Source of the DNA: a virus | DNA length: 57,148 nt | IMG/VR virus record: IMGVR_UViG_3300045988_048750 | Direction: 5' to 3' (one strand) | Shown: one piece after another, positions 9,723-17,880 of the stretch | Layout: each line of letters begins with the position of its first letter | How positions within the stretch are numbered: position 1 is the stretch's first letter | Position numbers and translations under genes: made by a program | Notes under the pieces: generated by a model | Database searches by the model: none | Seen by the model: the letters and a program-made list of their open reading frames with translations, nothing else | What the model was told of the DNA's origin: nothing

Positions 9723-9732
9723 TCGTTACTCC

Positions 9733-10020
9733 TTAAAAACTGGTGGTCATGCTTTCTTCTTTATCGATCAGTCCTTTAATATACGGAATCTTGCTCTCTA
9801 TTTCGGACAACGCTTCGCTAAAATCGTTCATATCGGCTTCAATCTTATCTAAATTAGTATATGCCTTTAAGAAATCCTTTCCTACACGCATCCCGAGACT
9901 GGTCTCAGTTGATCGAATGTCTTTTAAGTTTTCAATACGCTTTTTCAATTCAAGTCGGTCTTTCATATAAGTCGATAGAAGTATATTCAAATCGCGAAGA
10001 TCCAAATTAGCAGAAGCCAT
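9733..10020 (-). CDS. hypothetical coiled-coil protein
   Basis: 95-aa ORF; its initiation region GAGTGATTTTTAATGGC is duplicated at 10755. Confidence 0.5.
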   Translation of the reverse strand: MASANLDLRDLNILLSTYMKDRLELKKRIENLKDIRSTETSLGMRVGKDFLKAYTNLDKIEADMNDFSEALSEIESKIPYIKGLIDKEESMTTSF

Positions 10021-10071
10021 TAAAAATCACTCTTCTCTCACGAGTTCATTGCATAGACGACTAAATATCTT

Positions 10072-10233
10072 CTAATGAACAGTCACCACAACATGGTGAA
10101 TAAACATCGATGGATCGAAAAGTAAACCGTAGATTAGAATTCCAAGCAGTACAATAATGAGCAGAGCAGCAAGAATCCCAATGGCCCATAGCAAAACTTC
10201 ACCGATCATCTCCGGGATCATATAGCGCTTCAT
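10072..10233 (-). CDS. 53-aa membrane peptide (MKRYMIPEMIGEVLLWAIGILAALLIIVLLGILIYGLLF...), not in the ORF track
   Basis: GGAG 8 nt upstream; hydrophobic core; sits in an otherwise empty gap. Confidence 0.35.
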   Translation of the reverse strand: MKRYMIPEMIGEVLLWAIGILAALLIIVLLGILIYGLLFDPSMFIHHVVVTVH

Positions 10234-10237
10234 ATGA

Positions 10238-10441
10238 TTAGTCTCCATTCTTTGAAGAAAATACGCTACGAAGCAGAGCCATAATAAGCCAAATTACCGT
10301 GGCAACGTAAATGTTAAACTCGATCGCAACGCCGGCCATATTGAGTAACCAGACAATGCCCCAAAGAATACCGACAGTAATCCCCCAAGAGAATACCCAG
10401 CCGATTATCAAACCAGCAATAATGACAATAATTGCAAGCAT
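10238..10441 (-). CDS. small polytopic membrane protein
   Basis: 67 aa, almost entirely hydrophobic. Confidence 0.45.
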   Translation of the reverse strand: MLAIIVIIAGLIIGWVFSWGITVGILWGIVWLLNMAGVAIEFNIYVATVIWLIMALLRSVFSSKNGD

Positions 10442-10452
10442 TAAAAACCTTT

Positions 10453-10755
10453 CTACTTAGAATCCTTGACCTTAGCCTCAGAGACAAGTTTGTTGATATA
10501 GCGGTTCGCGGCAGAGGTCGATCCGAGAATGCGCTTCATAATCGCGTACATGATAGCCAGATTCTTGTTATCAGGATCGTCCATCTTACGCTTTACGACT
10601 GTCTTATTGCCGTCTTCCCAGAACACGATAGTCGCTGGTCCGTTAAAGATAACATGGTCAACATCAGGTGGATTTTTGCCATAAGCGGTCCTATAAAAAT
10701 TAGCAAAACCGTTTGACAAATTTTCCATCAGCTTGTCCATTTTAGCGACGGCCAT
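10453..10755 (-). CDS. hypothetical protein
   Basis: 100-aa ORF; shares its translation-initiation sequence with 9733..10020. Confidence 0.5.
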   Translation of the reverse strand: MAVAKMDKLMENLSNGFANFYRTAYGKNPPDVDHVIFNGPATIVFWEDGNKTVVKRKMDDPDNKNLAIMYAIMKRILGSTSAANRYINKLVSEAKVKDSK

Positions 10756-11876
10756 TAAAAATCACTCTCCTTCAATTTATAATAGTCTTTAATGGTTTTG
10801 CATTTGGCTAGCATTTGATCCATCCTAGAATACCAATGACGCTTCTTGAGATCCTCTTCACCGTTCTTCTCCTTATAACGAGTCTGGTATTTAATAATGT
10901 TGCCCTGACAGAACTGTCGAGTACCATCGATTCCGAGAGATTCGACAATAATATCAAAAGACTCGAACGGTCCAACCATCTCGTAATGGTTCGGATGGTT
11001 TACTGGATCTGTATCATTAACTGTTTCGCGAAGATCGAAACTTCTCACCGATTTTGATTCGTACTTATTAATAACATCGTATGTTTGACCGTCATATTTA
11101 ACGGTTACTTTCACAGGATCTTTAACAAACTCAACATCGCAAGATCCAACACAGTTGTTCTTGAGATCCTCTTCTTTATCAGTAAGCTTTTTACAAAGAT
11201 ATTCGGTTTTCCATTTTTTGTCTGAACGTACTGTATCAAAAATGGTAGTTCGAACGTTTGCCAACTGATAAGTGCATTTCAAATGACTTGGATTTCCATG
11301 ATGCTCAATTTTATCGATTCGTTTAAACGTGAATTCAAGATTAGGCGCTGGCGAAAGATTCGTTACCGTGAAATAATTGGTGATGGGTTCAAGGTCAGAA
11401 TCAATGACAAAAGTTAGCAAATTATTTTTATTATCGATCGATTTAATTTGCGGACCTTTATGATAGTCCCATAGTAGGAATTGTTCAAACGCATAAGCAC
11501 ACTCGTTAATAAAATATGGCTTATAACGGATAGCTATATCTTGAAACATAAACGAAGGTGCTTCGTAAAATGCAATATTGGAATAGTGCACAGTATAGAA
11601 GTTAGATGTGCTACATGGTTTCTCTATATGTTTGTCTGCTTTCGCATATTGATCGGGAAGCCGAATTCCATAACGATTTGAACGATTGAAATCGAGGGTG
11701 TACATTTCTGTAGAAATATCCCGTGTAGGAATGTTTTTGTTACCATGATAACATGCTATAAAACCTATTTCTCCGGCATACGGATCGGCCCATGCTGAAT
11801 TAACCGAATAATCATGTTCTTTAAACCAGTTAATTCTATCTTTCTTGAATTCATCAAGTAGAATTTTGTTAATCAT
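10755..11876 (-). CDS. protein with a C-terminal DUF3310-like domain (phage nucleotide-metabolism-associated family)
   Basis: C-terminal HPNHYEMVGPFESFDIIVESLGIDGTRQFCQGNIIKYQTRYKEKNGEEDLKKRHWY matches the DUF3310 signature. Confidence 0.5.
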   Translation of the reverse strand: MINKILLDEFKKDRINWFKEHDYSVNSAWADPYAGEIGFIACYHGNKNIPTRDISTEMYTLDFNRSNRYGIRLPDQYAKADKHIEKPCSTSNFYTVHYSNIAFYEAPSFMFQDIAIRYKPYFINECAYAFEQFLLWDYHKGPQIKSIDNKNNLLTFVIDSDLEPITNYFTVTNLSPAPNLEFTFKRIDKIEHHGNPSHLKCTYQLANVRTTIFDTVRSDKKWKTEYLCKKLTDKEEDLKNNCVGSCDVEFVKDPVKVTVKYDGQTYDVINKYESKSVRSFDLRETVNDTDPVNHPNHYEMVGPFESFDIIVESLGIDGTRQFCQGNIIKYQTRYKEKNGEEDLKKRHWYSRMDQMLAKCKTIKDYYKLKESDF

Positions 11877-12150
11877 TTTTATTATCCTTTCTGATGCGTT
11901 CTACCCAAGTACCGTTTTCATACTCGAAATGCTTTGCATGACTAACATTGCTTGTACGATAACAGTTCGGGTTACATTTAGAGCAAGCTAGTCTGTCACA
12001 TTCATACAGAAGGTTGTCTTGAAATTCATATCCGTGTTGTTCGATAAAACTAACGATATAATTCATATCGTCTTCTACGTCATCGCCTTGTGGGTAATTA
12101 GCCCTAGCAGCAGAACCGTAGGAAGATAAAATTTCTTTAATATTAGCCAT
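11869..12150 (-). CDS. Cys-rich small protein (putative zinc-binding)
   Basis: CDRLACSKCNPNCY cluster. Confidence 0.45.
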   Translation of the reverse strand: MANIKEILSSYGSAARANYPQGDDVEDDMNYIVSFIEQHGYEFQDNLLYECDRLACSKCNPNCYRTSNVSHAKHFEYENGTWVERIRKDNKND

Positions 12151-12156
12151 TGGTCA

Positions 12157-12969
12157 TCACTCTTCTCCAGTAATAAGTTCTGAATAAGGAAGCGTTTTAA
12201 TCCAATCGCAGAAATCATGCCACTCATCCAGTTTATGATTTCTACGTGAATTATACATATTCGTGAGAACTTCGTAATTCAGCATTACTGTTCGCTTCTG
12301 ATTATATGAACTAGGCAGAAGTTGAATCATTTGCCACCAGTATTCCTTGTTTTTTGTCTCAAGATATTTGTTTCGATATTTGTTCAAACCTTCGATAATT
12401 ATTTCAAGAAGATCTTTCGGATAGATAGTAACTGTATAATAATTAGAATTCAAATATTTCGCATCATCTGCGTAATCTTCATATTGCTTTTCGGGGGCAA
12501 GAGTAACTTCATCTGGTTCTGGATTCTCAATCAAATGATCATAACTAAAATCATCCAGCGTGAATTCTTTATCATGAATTTTATGCATCGTACTGCAAGA
12601 GTTTGCGACTGTTCCGACCTTGTAGGTATCGAATTCCTTCCACCAATATAGTGGAGCAGTAATGTCACAATAAACCACGAGCATACGCATGAACTTGCGG
12701 TGATCTGTACCAGCCGCACAAAGTCGACGCATGAGATCTAAATCGTTAGGACCTACCATAAATCCTTTATGTGAATTGCACGCCTTAGTTACTGAACAAT
12801 TATCGCAGTCTTCCCATTGATTATTTTTAAAACTTTTGCAATCATCACACTTAGCACAAAGAATAATTCTATAATCGCTATCACTCTTATCCCAAGAATT
12901 CTTAGGATTGCGCATACCTCGAATAGCTGCTTTCCAACCGTAAATTTCAGTTTCTTCAATTTTAATCAT
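12157..12969 (-). CDS. divergent ThyX-like (flavin-dependent thymidylate synthase fold) protein with a Cys-rich insertion; lacks the canonical RHR motif
   Basis: DLDLMRRLCAAG...HRKFMRMLVVYCDITAPLYWWKEFDTYKVGTVANSCSTMH parallels the ThyX DRHLIEYLMKHGHE..FEHIVFTF..API..RQWFRHRIASY layout; CAKCDDC...CDNC insert. Confidence 0.3.
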   Translation of the reverse strand: MIKIEETEIYGWKAAIRGMRNPKNSWDKSDSDYRIILCAKCDDCKSFKNNQWEDCDNCSVTKACNSHKGFMVGPNDLDLMRRLCAAGTDHRKFMRMLVVYCDITAPLYWWKEFDTYKVGTVANSCSTMHKIHDKEFTLDDFSYDHLIENPEPDEVTLAPEKQYEDYADDAKYLNSNYYTVTIYPKDLLEIIIEGLNKYRNKYLETKNKEYWWQMIQLLPSSYNQKRTVMLNYEVLTNMYNSRRNHKLDEWHDFCDWIKTLPYSELITGEE

Positions 12970-13120
12970 AATAGCTCCTTCTTAGAAACATCTTCAGGCT
13001 CTGGCAAATAAATACGCCAATTAGATTTGACGTGATAAGTACCCTTACGACTTTGAAGCTTGACATAATCCGTTGTCAATTCAAATGACCAACAATACTT
13101 AGTGTGATAAAATTCAGGCG

Positions 13121-13267
13121 CTAAATATGAATGTCCACGTCACCTTCTGAGCCAGTAACCTTTGGAAGATGGTCAACCACAGTTTGCGAAATATAATCCT
13201 TCTCAGCCTGAGTTCGTCCTGGAACACCGAGTTCAATCAATCCTCGTACATAAGTCCACATAGACAT
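13121..13267 (-). CDS. 48-aa hypothetical protein, not in the ORF track
   Basis: ATG overlaps the upstream stop (TAATG); fills a gap. Confidence 0.3.
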   Translation of the reverse strand: MSMWTYVRGLIELGVPGRTQAEKDYISQTVVDHLPKVTGSEGDVDIHI

Positions 13268-13605
13268 TATAAACCTTCTTCTTTAAGAATCTCAGCAACC
13301 TTGTCTTCCAAACCCATGGATCGGGCAATATCAAATGCTCTACCAGGCTCTAGTGCAATAGCTCCATCATTAAAAGGAGTTTCTGCAAACCACCGTTGAT
13401 CATTTACCGCATAAATTAAAGTCACTGATTTACATGAAGCGGAATTCTCACAGGATTTGTAATGGTTCATTATGAACCTAATACCAGAAATATTGCCTTC
13501 GTTATCATAAACTCTATTGACCGAATAGTCTGAATGATTCATAGTAACGTCCATACTAAAGCTCTCCTCGAGATTTAAGTTCGTCCAGTAGTTCCATTGC
13601 GTCAC
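13267..13605 (-). CDS. hypothetical protein
   Basis: 112-aa ORF. Confidence 0.5.
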   Translation of the reverse strand: MTQWNYWTNLNLEESFSMDVTMNHSDYSVNRVYDNEGNISGIRFIMNHYKSCENSASCKSVTLIYAVNDQRWFAETPFNDGAIALEPGRAFDIARSMGLEDKVAEILKEEGL

Positions 13606-13873
13606 TCATCGACATGTCTTCAAAGAATTTACGACCTACGCGAACTCCTTCAATACCGTTGACATGGTAATCGACTTTTATATCGTTAAGACGAACTTCA
13701 TATTCTGCTTCCAAGTGCTCCAGTCGAGACTTCATCTCAGTTATAGAAGAACCTGCTCTAGCTACGGGGTTTCTGTGTGAATTTCCATAAAACTCAATTT
13801 TCGCCATAGCAATTTGCAATTCATAGTCATTAATGAGCATTTTTAGTTCATTCGGCGTAATATCAATTTTCAT
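13556..13873 (-). CDS. small coiled-coil protein, tandem paralog 1 of 3
   Basis: pattern similarity with 13863..14162 and 14226..14438. Confidence 0.45.
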   Translation of the reverse strand: MKIDITPNELKMLINDYELQIAMAKIEFYGNSHRNPVARAGSSITEMKSRLEHLEAEYEVRLNDIKVDYHVNGIEGVRVGRKFFEDMSMSDAMELLDELKSRGEL

Positions 13874-14162
13874 GGTTATCTCCTTTACCGTTTATACCAT
13901 AAATAGAAATACCATAAATAGAATTTAGTTTCTTCTTAAATTCATTACACTTGTCAAGTTCGTCTTGTAACTCGAGAATGCGAGTCTCTAGCTCTTTAAT
14001 TTTCGATTTATATCGCTCAACTTGAATATTATATAAATCACTATCAAGAATACCATGCCAGTCAGAACAATTTTCAAATGAATACATTCGACGCTCAAGG
14101 TCGTATATAAGCCTGGTATAATAGTTCATAAGATCTCGTATGTCAGTCTTTTTCATTTTCAC
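13863..14162 (-). CDS. small coiled-coil protein, tandem paralog 2
   Basis: YY.RLIYDLERR...C.....ILDSDLYNIQVERY...RILEL aligns with the next gene. Confidence 0.5.
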   Translation of the reverse strand: MKMKKTDIRDLMNYYTRLIYDLERRMYSFENCSDWHGILDSDLYNIQVERYKSKIKELETRILELQDELDKCNEFKKKLNSIYGISIYGINGKGDNHEN

Positions 14163-14225
14163 GTCTATCTCCTTTCAAGAAAAAGAGAAGAGCTTATATT
14201 TCTATAAACTCTTCCCCATGACAAA

Positions 14226-14438
14226 CTAAAGATTGTCGCGTTCAGCCCTCAACTCACCGATACGAGACTCGTACTTATCGTACTCCGTCTGATAACGGTC
14301 GAGCTGGATCTTGTACAGATCAGAATCGATAACTCCCTGGCAATTCTCCTTGAGAGTATCGATCCGATCTTTAAGATCAAACTGAAGACCGTCATAGTAG
14401 GTCACAAGCGTTGCAATCTCATTTCTCGTAAGTTTCAT
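14226..14438 (-). CDS. small coiled-coil protein, tandem paralog 3 (start at the ATG after the RBS; the track uses an upstream TTG)
   Basis: YYDGLQFDLKDR...C..VIDSDLYKIQLDRY...RIGEL; AAAGGAG upstream. Confidence 0.5.
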   Translation of the reverse strand: MKLTRNEIATLVTYYDGLQFDLKDRIDTLKENCQGVIDSDLYKIQLDRYQTEYDKYESRIGELRAERDNL

Positions 14439-14459
14439 ACCGACTCCTTTCAAAAGTCT

Positions 14460-14651
14460 TTATATGTCATAATAGCGTGTGCTTTTTCTGCGGGATGTGG
14501 TTTGCTTTGAATGAAACGGATCGGTTTTAATAGATCGTGAACATGCGTTGCACCAAAAACTTTGATGATACATCTCTAATTCGGTAGCTAATCCTATTGT
14601 ATGCCAACAATAAGGACAACGAACCCAAAACAAAGGCGGCTTTTCATACAT
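14460..14651 (-). CDS. zinc-ribbon protein
   Basis: CPYCWH...CNAC. Confidence 0.5.
   Translation of the reverse strand: MYEKPPLFWVRCPYCWHTIGLATELEMYHQSFWCNACSRSIKTDPFHSKQTTSRRKSTRYYDI
14461..14482 (-). promoter_or_regulatory. class II conserved promoter-like element. Minus strand: GCTAT(A)TTATGACA
   Basis: same motif at 17881-17904 and 54030-54051, each about 15 nt upstream of an RBS. Confidence 0.4.
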
Positions 14652-14660
14652 CGTATTCCT

Positions 14661-14870
14661 TTATCCAAGAAAATCGATACTGTAACGCCTGTAATCCATT
14701 ACTGGAATAGGATCTGGAGCAACCGCTTCATTCGCTGTAGACCAAACAACTCTAGCAGTTTCCTCATCATAGTCTACTGATTCGACTTCGAACATTCGAC
14801 CCTTGAATCGCCCTCGATTAGCTGCAACCAAATCACCAGGTTGCAATTCACAAAAGCTGTAATAATCCAT
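14661..14870 (-). CDS. hypothetical protein
   Basis: 69-aa ORF. Confidence 0.45.
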   Translation of the reverse strand: MDYYSFCELQPGDLVAANRGRFKGRMFEVESVDYDEETARVVWSTANEAVAPDPIPVMDYRRYSIDFLG

Positions 14871-14872
14871 TA

Positions 14873-14980
14873 TCAGTTGCCTCCTGCAAGAATAGAAATC
14901 GCAAGAAGACCAATTCCCGCTCCAATGCTAAGAATCAGAAAAGTGTAAATAATAATGCCGAGAAGACTAAAGTTAAACAT
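14873..14980 (-). CDS. 35-aa membrane peptide (MFNFSLLGIIIYTFLILSIGAGIGLLAISILAGGN)
   Basis: overlaps neighbours by ATGA/TAATG-type coupling; hydrophobic. Confidence 0.3.
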   Translation of the reverse strand: MFNFSLLGIIIYTFLILSIGAGIGLLAISILAGGN

Positions 14981-15122
14981 CTTTGATTTTTCCTTTCTTA
15001 AGAAGCTTGTAATAAATCGCGATCACTTGATCGTTTGGCATGTTACGAACACGTTTTGCCCAACCATCTCCGGAATATGCCTCACGAATCTTTTCACGCA
15101 TCTGACTTATTTGTAGATTCAT
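14976..15122 (-). CDS. 48-aa hypothetical protein (MNLQISQMREKIREAYSGDGWAKRVRNMPNDQVIAIYYKLLKKGKIKDV)
   Basis: GGAAAGGAA RBS; fills a gap in the track. Confidence 0.4.
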
Positions 15123-15155
15123 CGGATTCCTTTCCATAAGTAGAAGAATCAGCGT

Positions 15156-15383
15156 CTAATATTTTATGTGCAAACTTTTCTTTAATGACTTAAGTTCCGT
15201 ATATAGCCTTTTGCCACAATCTTCACAAAGATCAAAAGATAATTTTGTTGAAGAATAACCATCTTCGTCAACTACAAGTAGTTCGAGTCTATTTGCTTCA
15301 CTGATACATTCAGAACTGCTATACATGAGCATAGAGGGACGTTTTATAGTTTTACCGCATAAATCGCATTTAATAAGTTTCAT
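15156..15383 (-). CDS. zinc-ribbon protein
   Basis: CDLCGK...CEDCGK. Confidence 0.5.
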   Translation of the reverse strand: MKLIKCDLCGKTIKRPSMLMYSSSECISEANRLELLVVDEDGYSSTKLSFDLCEDCGKRLYTELKSLKKSLHIKY

Positions 15384-15444
15384 AACTCACCAATCAAAGA
15401 TAAGAGAGACCCTGATAAATATCAAGATCTCTCAATCTAGTTAA

Positions 15445-15849
15445 TTAGAACTTTAACAGTTTCCAAACCCAATCTGACAGTTTGCCAAAGGTTTTATTGT
15501 TAAATGCTCCTTCTTGTTCAAAGTGGAATCCCGCAACACAGAGAAGTCCGACTCCGACAACCGTTACAGTCTTTTCAGCGACGTTCGTAACACGATCAAC
15601 CACTGCCAACTTACGTTCATGCTCTGCCTTGATTTGTGCTTCAGCCAACTCAGCAGACTTAATCATCTGCTCATTTTCGATAGCATTAACCTTGGCTTCG
15701 CACTCAATAAGTTCTGCATAGGTTTTCGCTTGCGATTCAATAGCTTTAGTAGCCCGCAATTGATCCTCAGAACCGACTTCCATGTGAGACAAAATCTCAA
15801 CATTGTCATTCAGTACCTTTACCATTTTTCCCTTTTCAATACTGGTCAT
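15445..15849 (-). CDS. coiled-coil protein with a C-terminal TM segment
   Basis: 134-aa ORF; Ala/Glu-rich heptads, then VTVVGVGLLCVAGF. Confidence 0.5.
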   Translation of the reverse strand: MTSIEKGKMVKVLNDNVEILSHMEVGSEDQLRATKAIESQAKTYAELIECEAKVNAIENEQMIKSAELAEAQIKAEHERKLAVVDRVTNVAEKTVTVVGVGLLCVAGFHFEQEGAFNNKTFGKLSDWVWKLLKF

Positions 15850-15884
15850 TTGATTCTCCTTTCGTTAAATGACCTATTAACTCA

Positions 15885-16205
15885 TTAAATAGCTTGTTTG
15901 TCTTGCGAATCCACTACACAATCCAGGAAAATACACGATCCATTAATAGAGCGATTAAGAATTTCCTGATATGAATTTTTGTAGATTTCTAGGTAAATAT
16001 CTGGAGCTTTATGCTCGTCGATTTGTGAAATATGCAGACATCCAACAGCTGATTCACAAATGTGCTCATACGTTTTGAGATACTGGTCACATCGCTTTTT
16101 ATAAATATTTAAGTCTTTATTCTTCAATCGAATAATTTGTGCAAAAGTAGCGCTAAGAATGATTATTAAACTAATCCATACCCAATAAATAGTAGTAATA
16201 CTCAT
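15885..16205 (-). CDS. membrane-anchored hypothetical protein
   Basis: N-terminal TM IYWVWISLIIILSATFA. Confidence 0.45.
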   Translation of the reverse strand: MSITTIYWVWISLIIILSATFAQIIRLKNKDLNIYKKRCDQYLKTYEHICESAVGCLHISQIDEHKAPDIYLEIYKNSYQEILNRSINGSCIFLDCVVDSQDKQAI

Positions 16206-16399
16206 TATTCGCTCCTATAGTTGATCTCGACTTCTTTAGAACCCAATTTGAATTTGAAATTCTGCTCTTTATCGTTCCAGTTGAACCACAGTAGTGGAAT
16301 TTTATTCAAAAGTTTCTTAACAGCACGATACAGACAAATCATAAATATAAGTGACCAAATTATGATAATAATCTTGATGATCATAAGAGCAGTAAACAT
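16205..16399 (-). CDS. small membrane protein
   Basis: 64 aa with a hydrophobic N-terminus. Confidence 0.4.
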   Translation of the reverse strand: MFTALMIIKIIIIIWSLIFMICLYRAVKKLLNKIPLLWFNWNDKEQNFKFKLGSKEVEINYRSE

Positions 16400-16448
16400 G
16401 GCTTCTCCTTTCGAAAGATAAGAGACCTTGCGATCTCCTATCTAGGTA

Positions 16449-16622
16449 CTACCTTCCTGAACGTTTCTTCAGAATATGCTTAATCAGCATAACAATGAAT
16501 ATTACTGCTACAATGATATCACCGAATACGATTAGGAATGCTGCACCAGCAGATGCAACACCCACAATCAAGAATGCGGTGAGAATCACGAGCATAATAA
16601 GCAAAGTCAACAGAATAAACAT
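16449..16622 (-). CDS. 58-aa polytopic membrane peptide (start moved to the RBS-preceded ATG)
   Basis: GAAAGGAAACTT-ATG; the longer track ORF would overlap the class I element. Confidence 0.45.
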   Translation of the reverse strand: MFILLTLLIMLVILTAFLIVGVASAGAAFLIVFGDIIVAVIFIVMLIKHILKKRSGR

Positions 16623-16648
16623 AAGTTTCCTTTCTACGTATGTTTGTA

Positions 16649-16680
16649 GTCCTTCATTATATAGGTTGCAAAACATGCGT
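16649..16680 (-). promoter_or_regulatory. class I promoter-like element. Minus strand: ACGCATGTTTTGCAACC-TATAATGAAGG
   Basis: conserved element upstream of 16449..16622. Confidence 0.45.
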
Positions 16681-16692
16681 AGAATTAATTTT

Positions 16693-17019
16693 TAGTTTAA
16701 GCCGCTTAGACCCTTTTCGTATTTCAAAGTAGCAGCCTCAATTTCTTTATCGCAGCGATCTTTTAGTGCTTTTTTAATTAAATCCTTCGCCTTTTCAGAA
16801 TCATCTTTTGCAAGCCATACAGTCCTGCATTTATACACTTCGCCTTCCTTTGTTGACATTCGCCAATATCTATTATTTCTACGTCTAGCCTCGTGATCGC
16901 TTAAATCAATATACGAAGGTAAACCATATGTCCATTCGTATCCAGAATTTTCACCGCCACATAACTTAATTTCTCCTAATTCGTAGAATTTTTTTGTTTA
17001 GAAGCATATATCCATACAT
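16693..17019 (-). pseudogene. gene of about 109 aa, frame-split at an A7 homopolymer (16989-16995). Could be a sequencing error, a true frameshift, or programmed slippage
   Basis: RBS-preceded ATG at 17019 encodes MYGYMLLNKK, then the frame shifts +1; the downstream frame stays open for 101 codons (…ELGEIKLCGGENSGYEWTYGLPSYIDL…GLSGLN). Confidence 0.4.
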
Positions 17020-17041
17020 AGCTTGATCCTTACTTTATTTC

Positions 17042-17260
17042 TCATTTATTGCACATATCAACGTACGTAGTATATACGAGATTGAGTTTCTCATACTCTT
17101 TAGGATCGATCCATTCCTGAACAAACCGTTGTGTAACATTTACTCCATGTTGTGCACCGGCTTTATAAACAGTTCGTAAAATAATGCCTGCACTAATACT
17201 GATAGCACAGATCTTGATGATTTGGTTAATAGTGATTTTGTTTTCGTGTTCTTTATCCAT
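17042..17260 (-). CDS. small membrane-associated protein
   Basis: AGAGAGG RBS; hydrophobic segment ICAISISAGIIL. Confidence 0.5.
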   Translation of the reverse strand: MDKEHENKITINQIIKICAISISAGIILRTVYKAGAQHGVNVTQRFVQEWIDPKEYEKLNLVYTTYVDMCNK

Positions 17261-17296
17261 TTTAAACCTCTCTTATAATCGATAAACCGTATAGAC

Positions 17297-17328
17297 AAAG
17301 AGAAGAGCCTTTGCAGACTCAACTCTTT
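17297..17328. terminator. conserved hairpin family AAAGAGAAGAGCC...CAACTCTTT, copy A
   Basis: stems AAAGAG/CTCTTT plus GAG/CTC, 10-nt loop; lies 10 nt downstream of the stop of 17339..17554. Confidence 0.5.
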
Positions 17329-17338
17329 GAATGTCTCC

Positions 17339-17554
17339 TTACTTCGTATCCCAGTCGTAATCATGAGAACTCGTCTTTGCATCCCTGTGCTCAACCCAAG
17401 CACCGTAACCAAGCACCGCAACGGTCAGCGCCATGGATACTCCAAAGCCGATAAGACAGCAATCGAGTTGTCCACGACGTGTGCCCTTGCGAGCTGCATC
17501 GTATACAGTGTTGTGCAAACACTCATAAGGTGAAACAAAATTGAAATTCTTCAT
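17339..17554 (-). CDS. small membrane protein
   Basis: AGGAAG RBS; TM segment LIGFGVSMALTVAVLGYGAWV. Confidence 0.5.
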   Translation of the reverse strand: MKNFNFVSPYECLHNTVYDAARKGTRRGQLDCCLIGFGVSMALTVAVLGYGAWVEHRDAKTSSHDYDWDTK

Positions 17555-17584
17555 AATGTACTTCCTTTCACTAAGTATCTTATA

Positions 17585-17614
17585 CCTTCATTAAAGAAGT
17601 TGCAAAATATGCGG
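17585..17614 (-). promoter_or_regulatory. class I promoter-like element (archetype copy)
   Basis: ccttcattaaagaa + tgcaaaatatgcgg on plus, immediately downstream (minus sense) of terminator copy B. Confidence 0.5.
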
Positions 17615-17617
17615 AAG

Positions 17618-17650
17618 AAAGAGAAGAGCCCTTGCGAGCTCAACTCTTTT
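17618..17650. terminator. conserved hairpin family, copy B
   Basis: aaagagaagagcccttgcgagctcaactctttt, just downstream of the stop of 17649..17858. Confidence 0.5.
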
Positions 17651-17858
17651 ACAAGTCCTCAATAAATTCCTTAAACAGAGGAATCATATAAAAACTTACC
17701 ACGATAAACGTTACGATGATCATAGCACTGATCATAGCAACCAGAAACAGTTCTGCGCCACAAAACATGTAAGCGTAGACCAGTATACCGGTAGCCATAG
17801 CCAGGCCAATGATAGCCGTAATCGTAAACTCCGGGTAGTTGTTATAAAAATCCTTCAT
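17649..17858 (-). CDS. 69-aa two-TM membrane protein (MKDFYNNYPEF...)
   Basis: AAAGGGG RBS 7 nt before the ATG at 17858; the longer track ORF runs through the terminator/promoter elements. Confidence 0.5.
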   Translation of the reverse strand: MKDFYNNYPEFTITAIIGLAMATGILVYAYMFCGAELFLVAMISAMIIVTFIVVSFYMIPLFKEFIEDL

Positions 17859-17880
17859 TATAACCCCTTTCATAGAGATA

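Noticed and set aside
17585-17614. Interpreting CATATTTTGCAA as a Bacteroidetes-type -7 box (TAnnTTTG)
   Set aside because: The genome uses strong Shine-Dalgarno sequences throughout and has Gram-positive-type lysis and tail genes. The motif is also one nucleotide short of the Bacteroides consensus.
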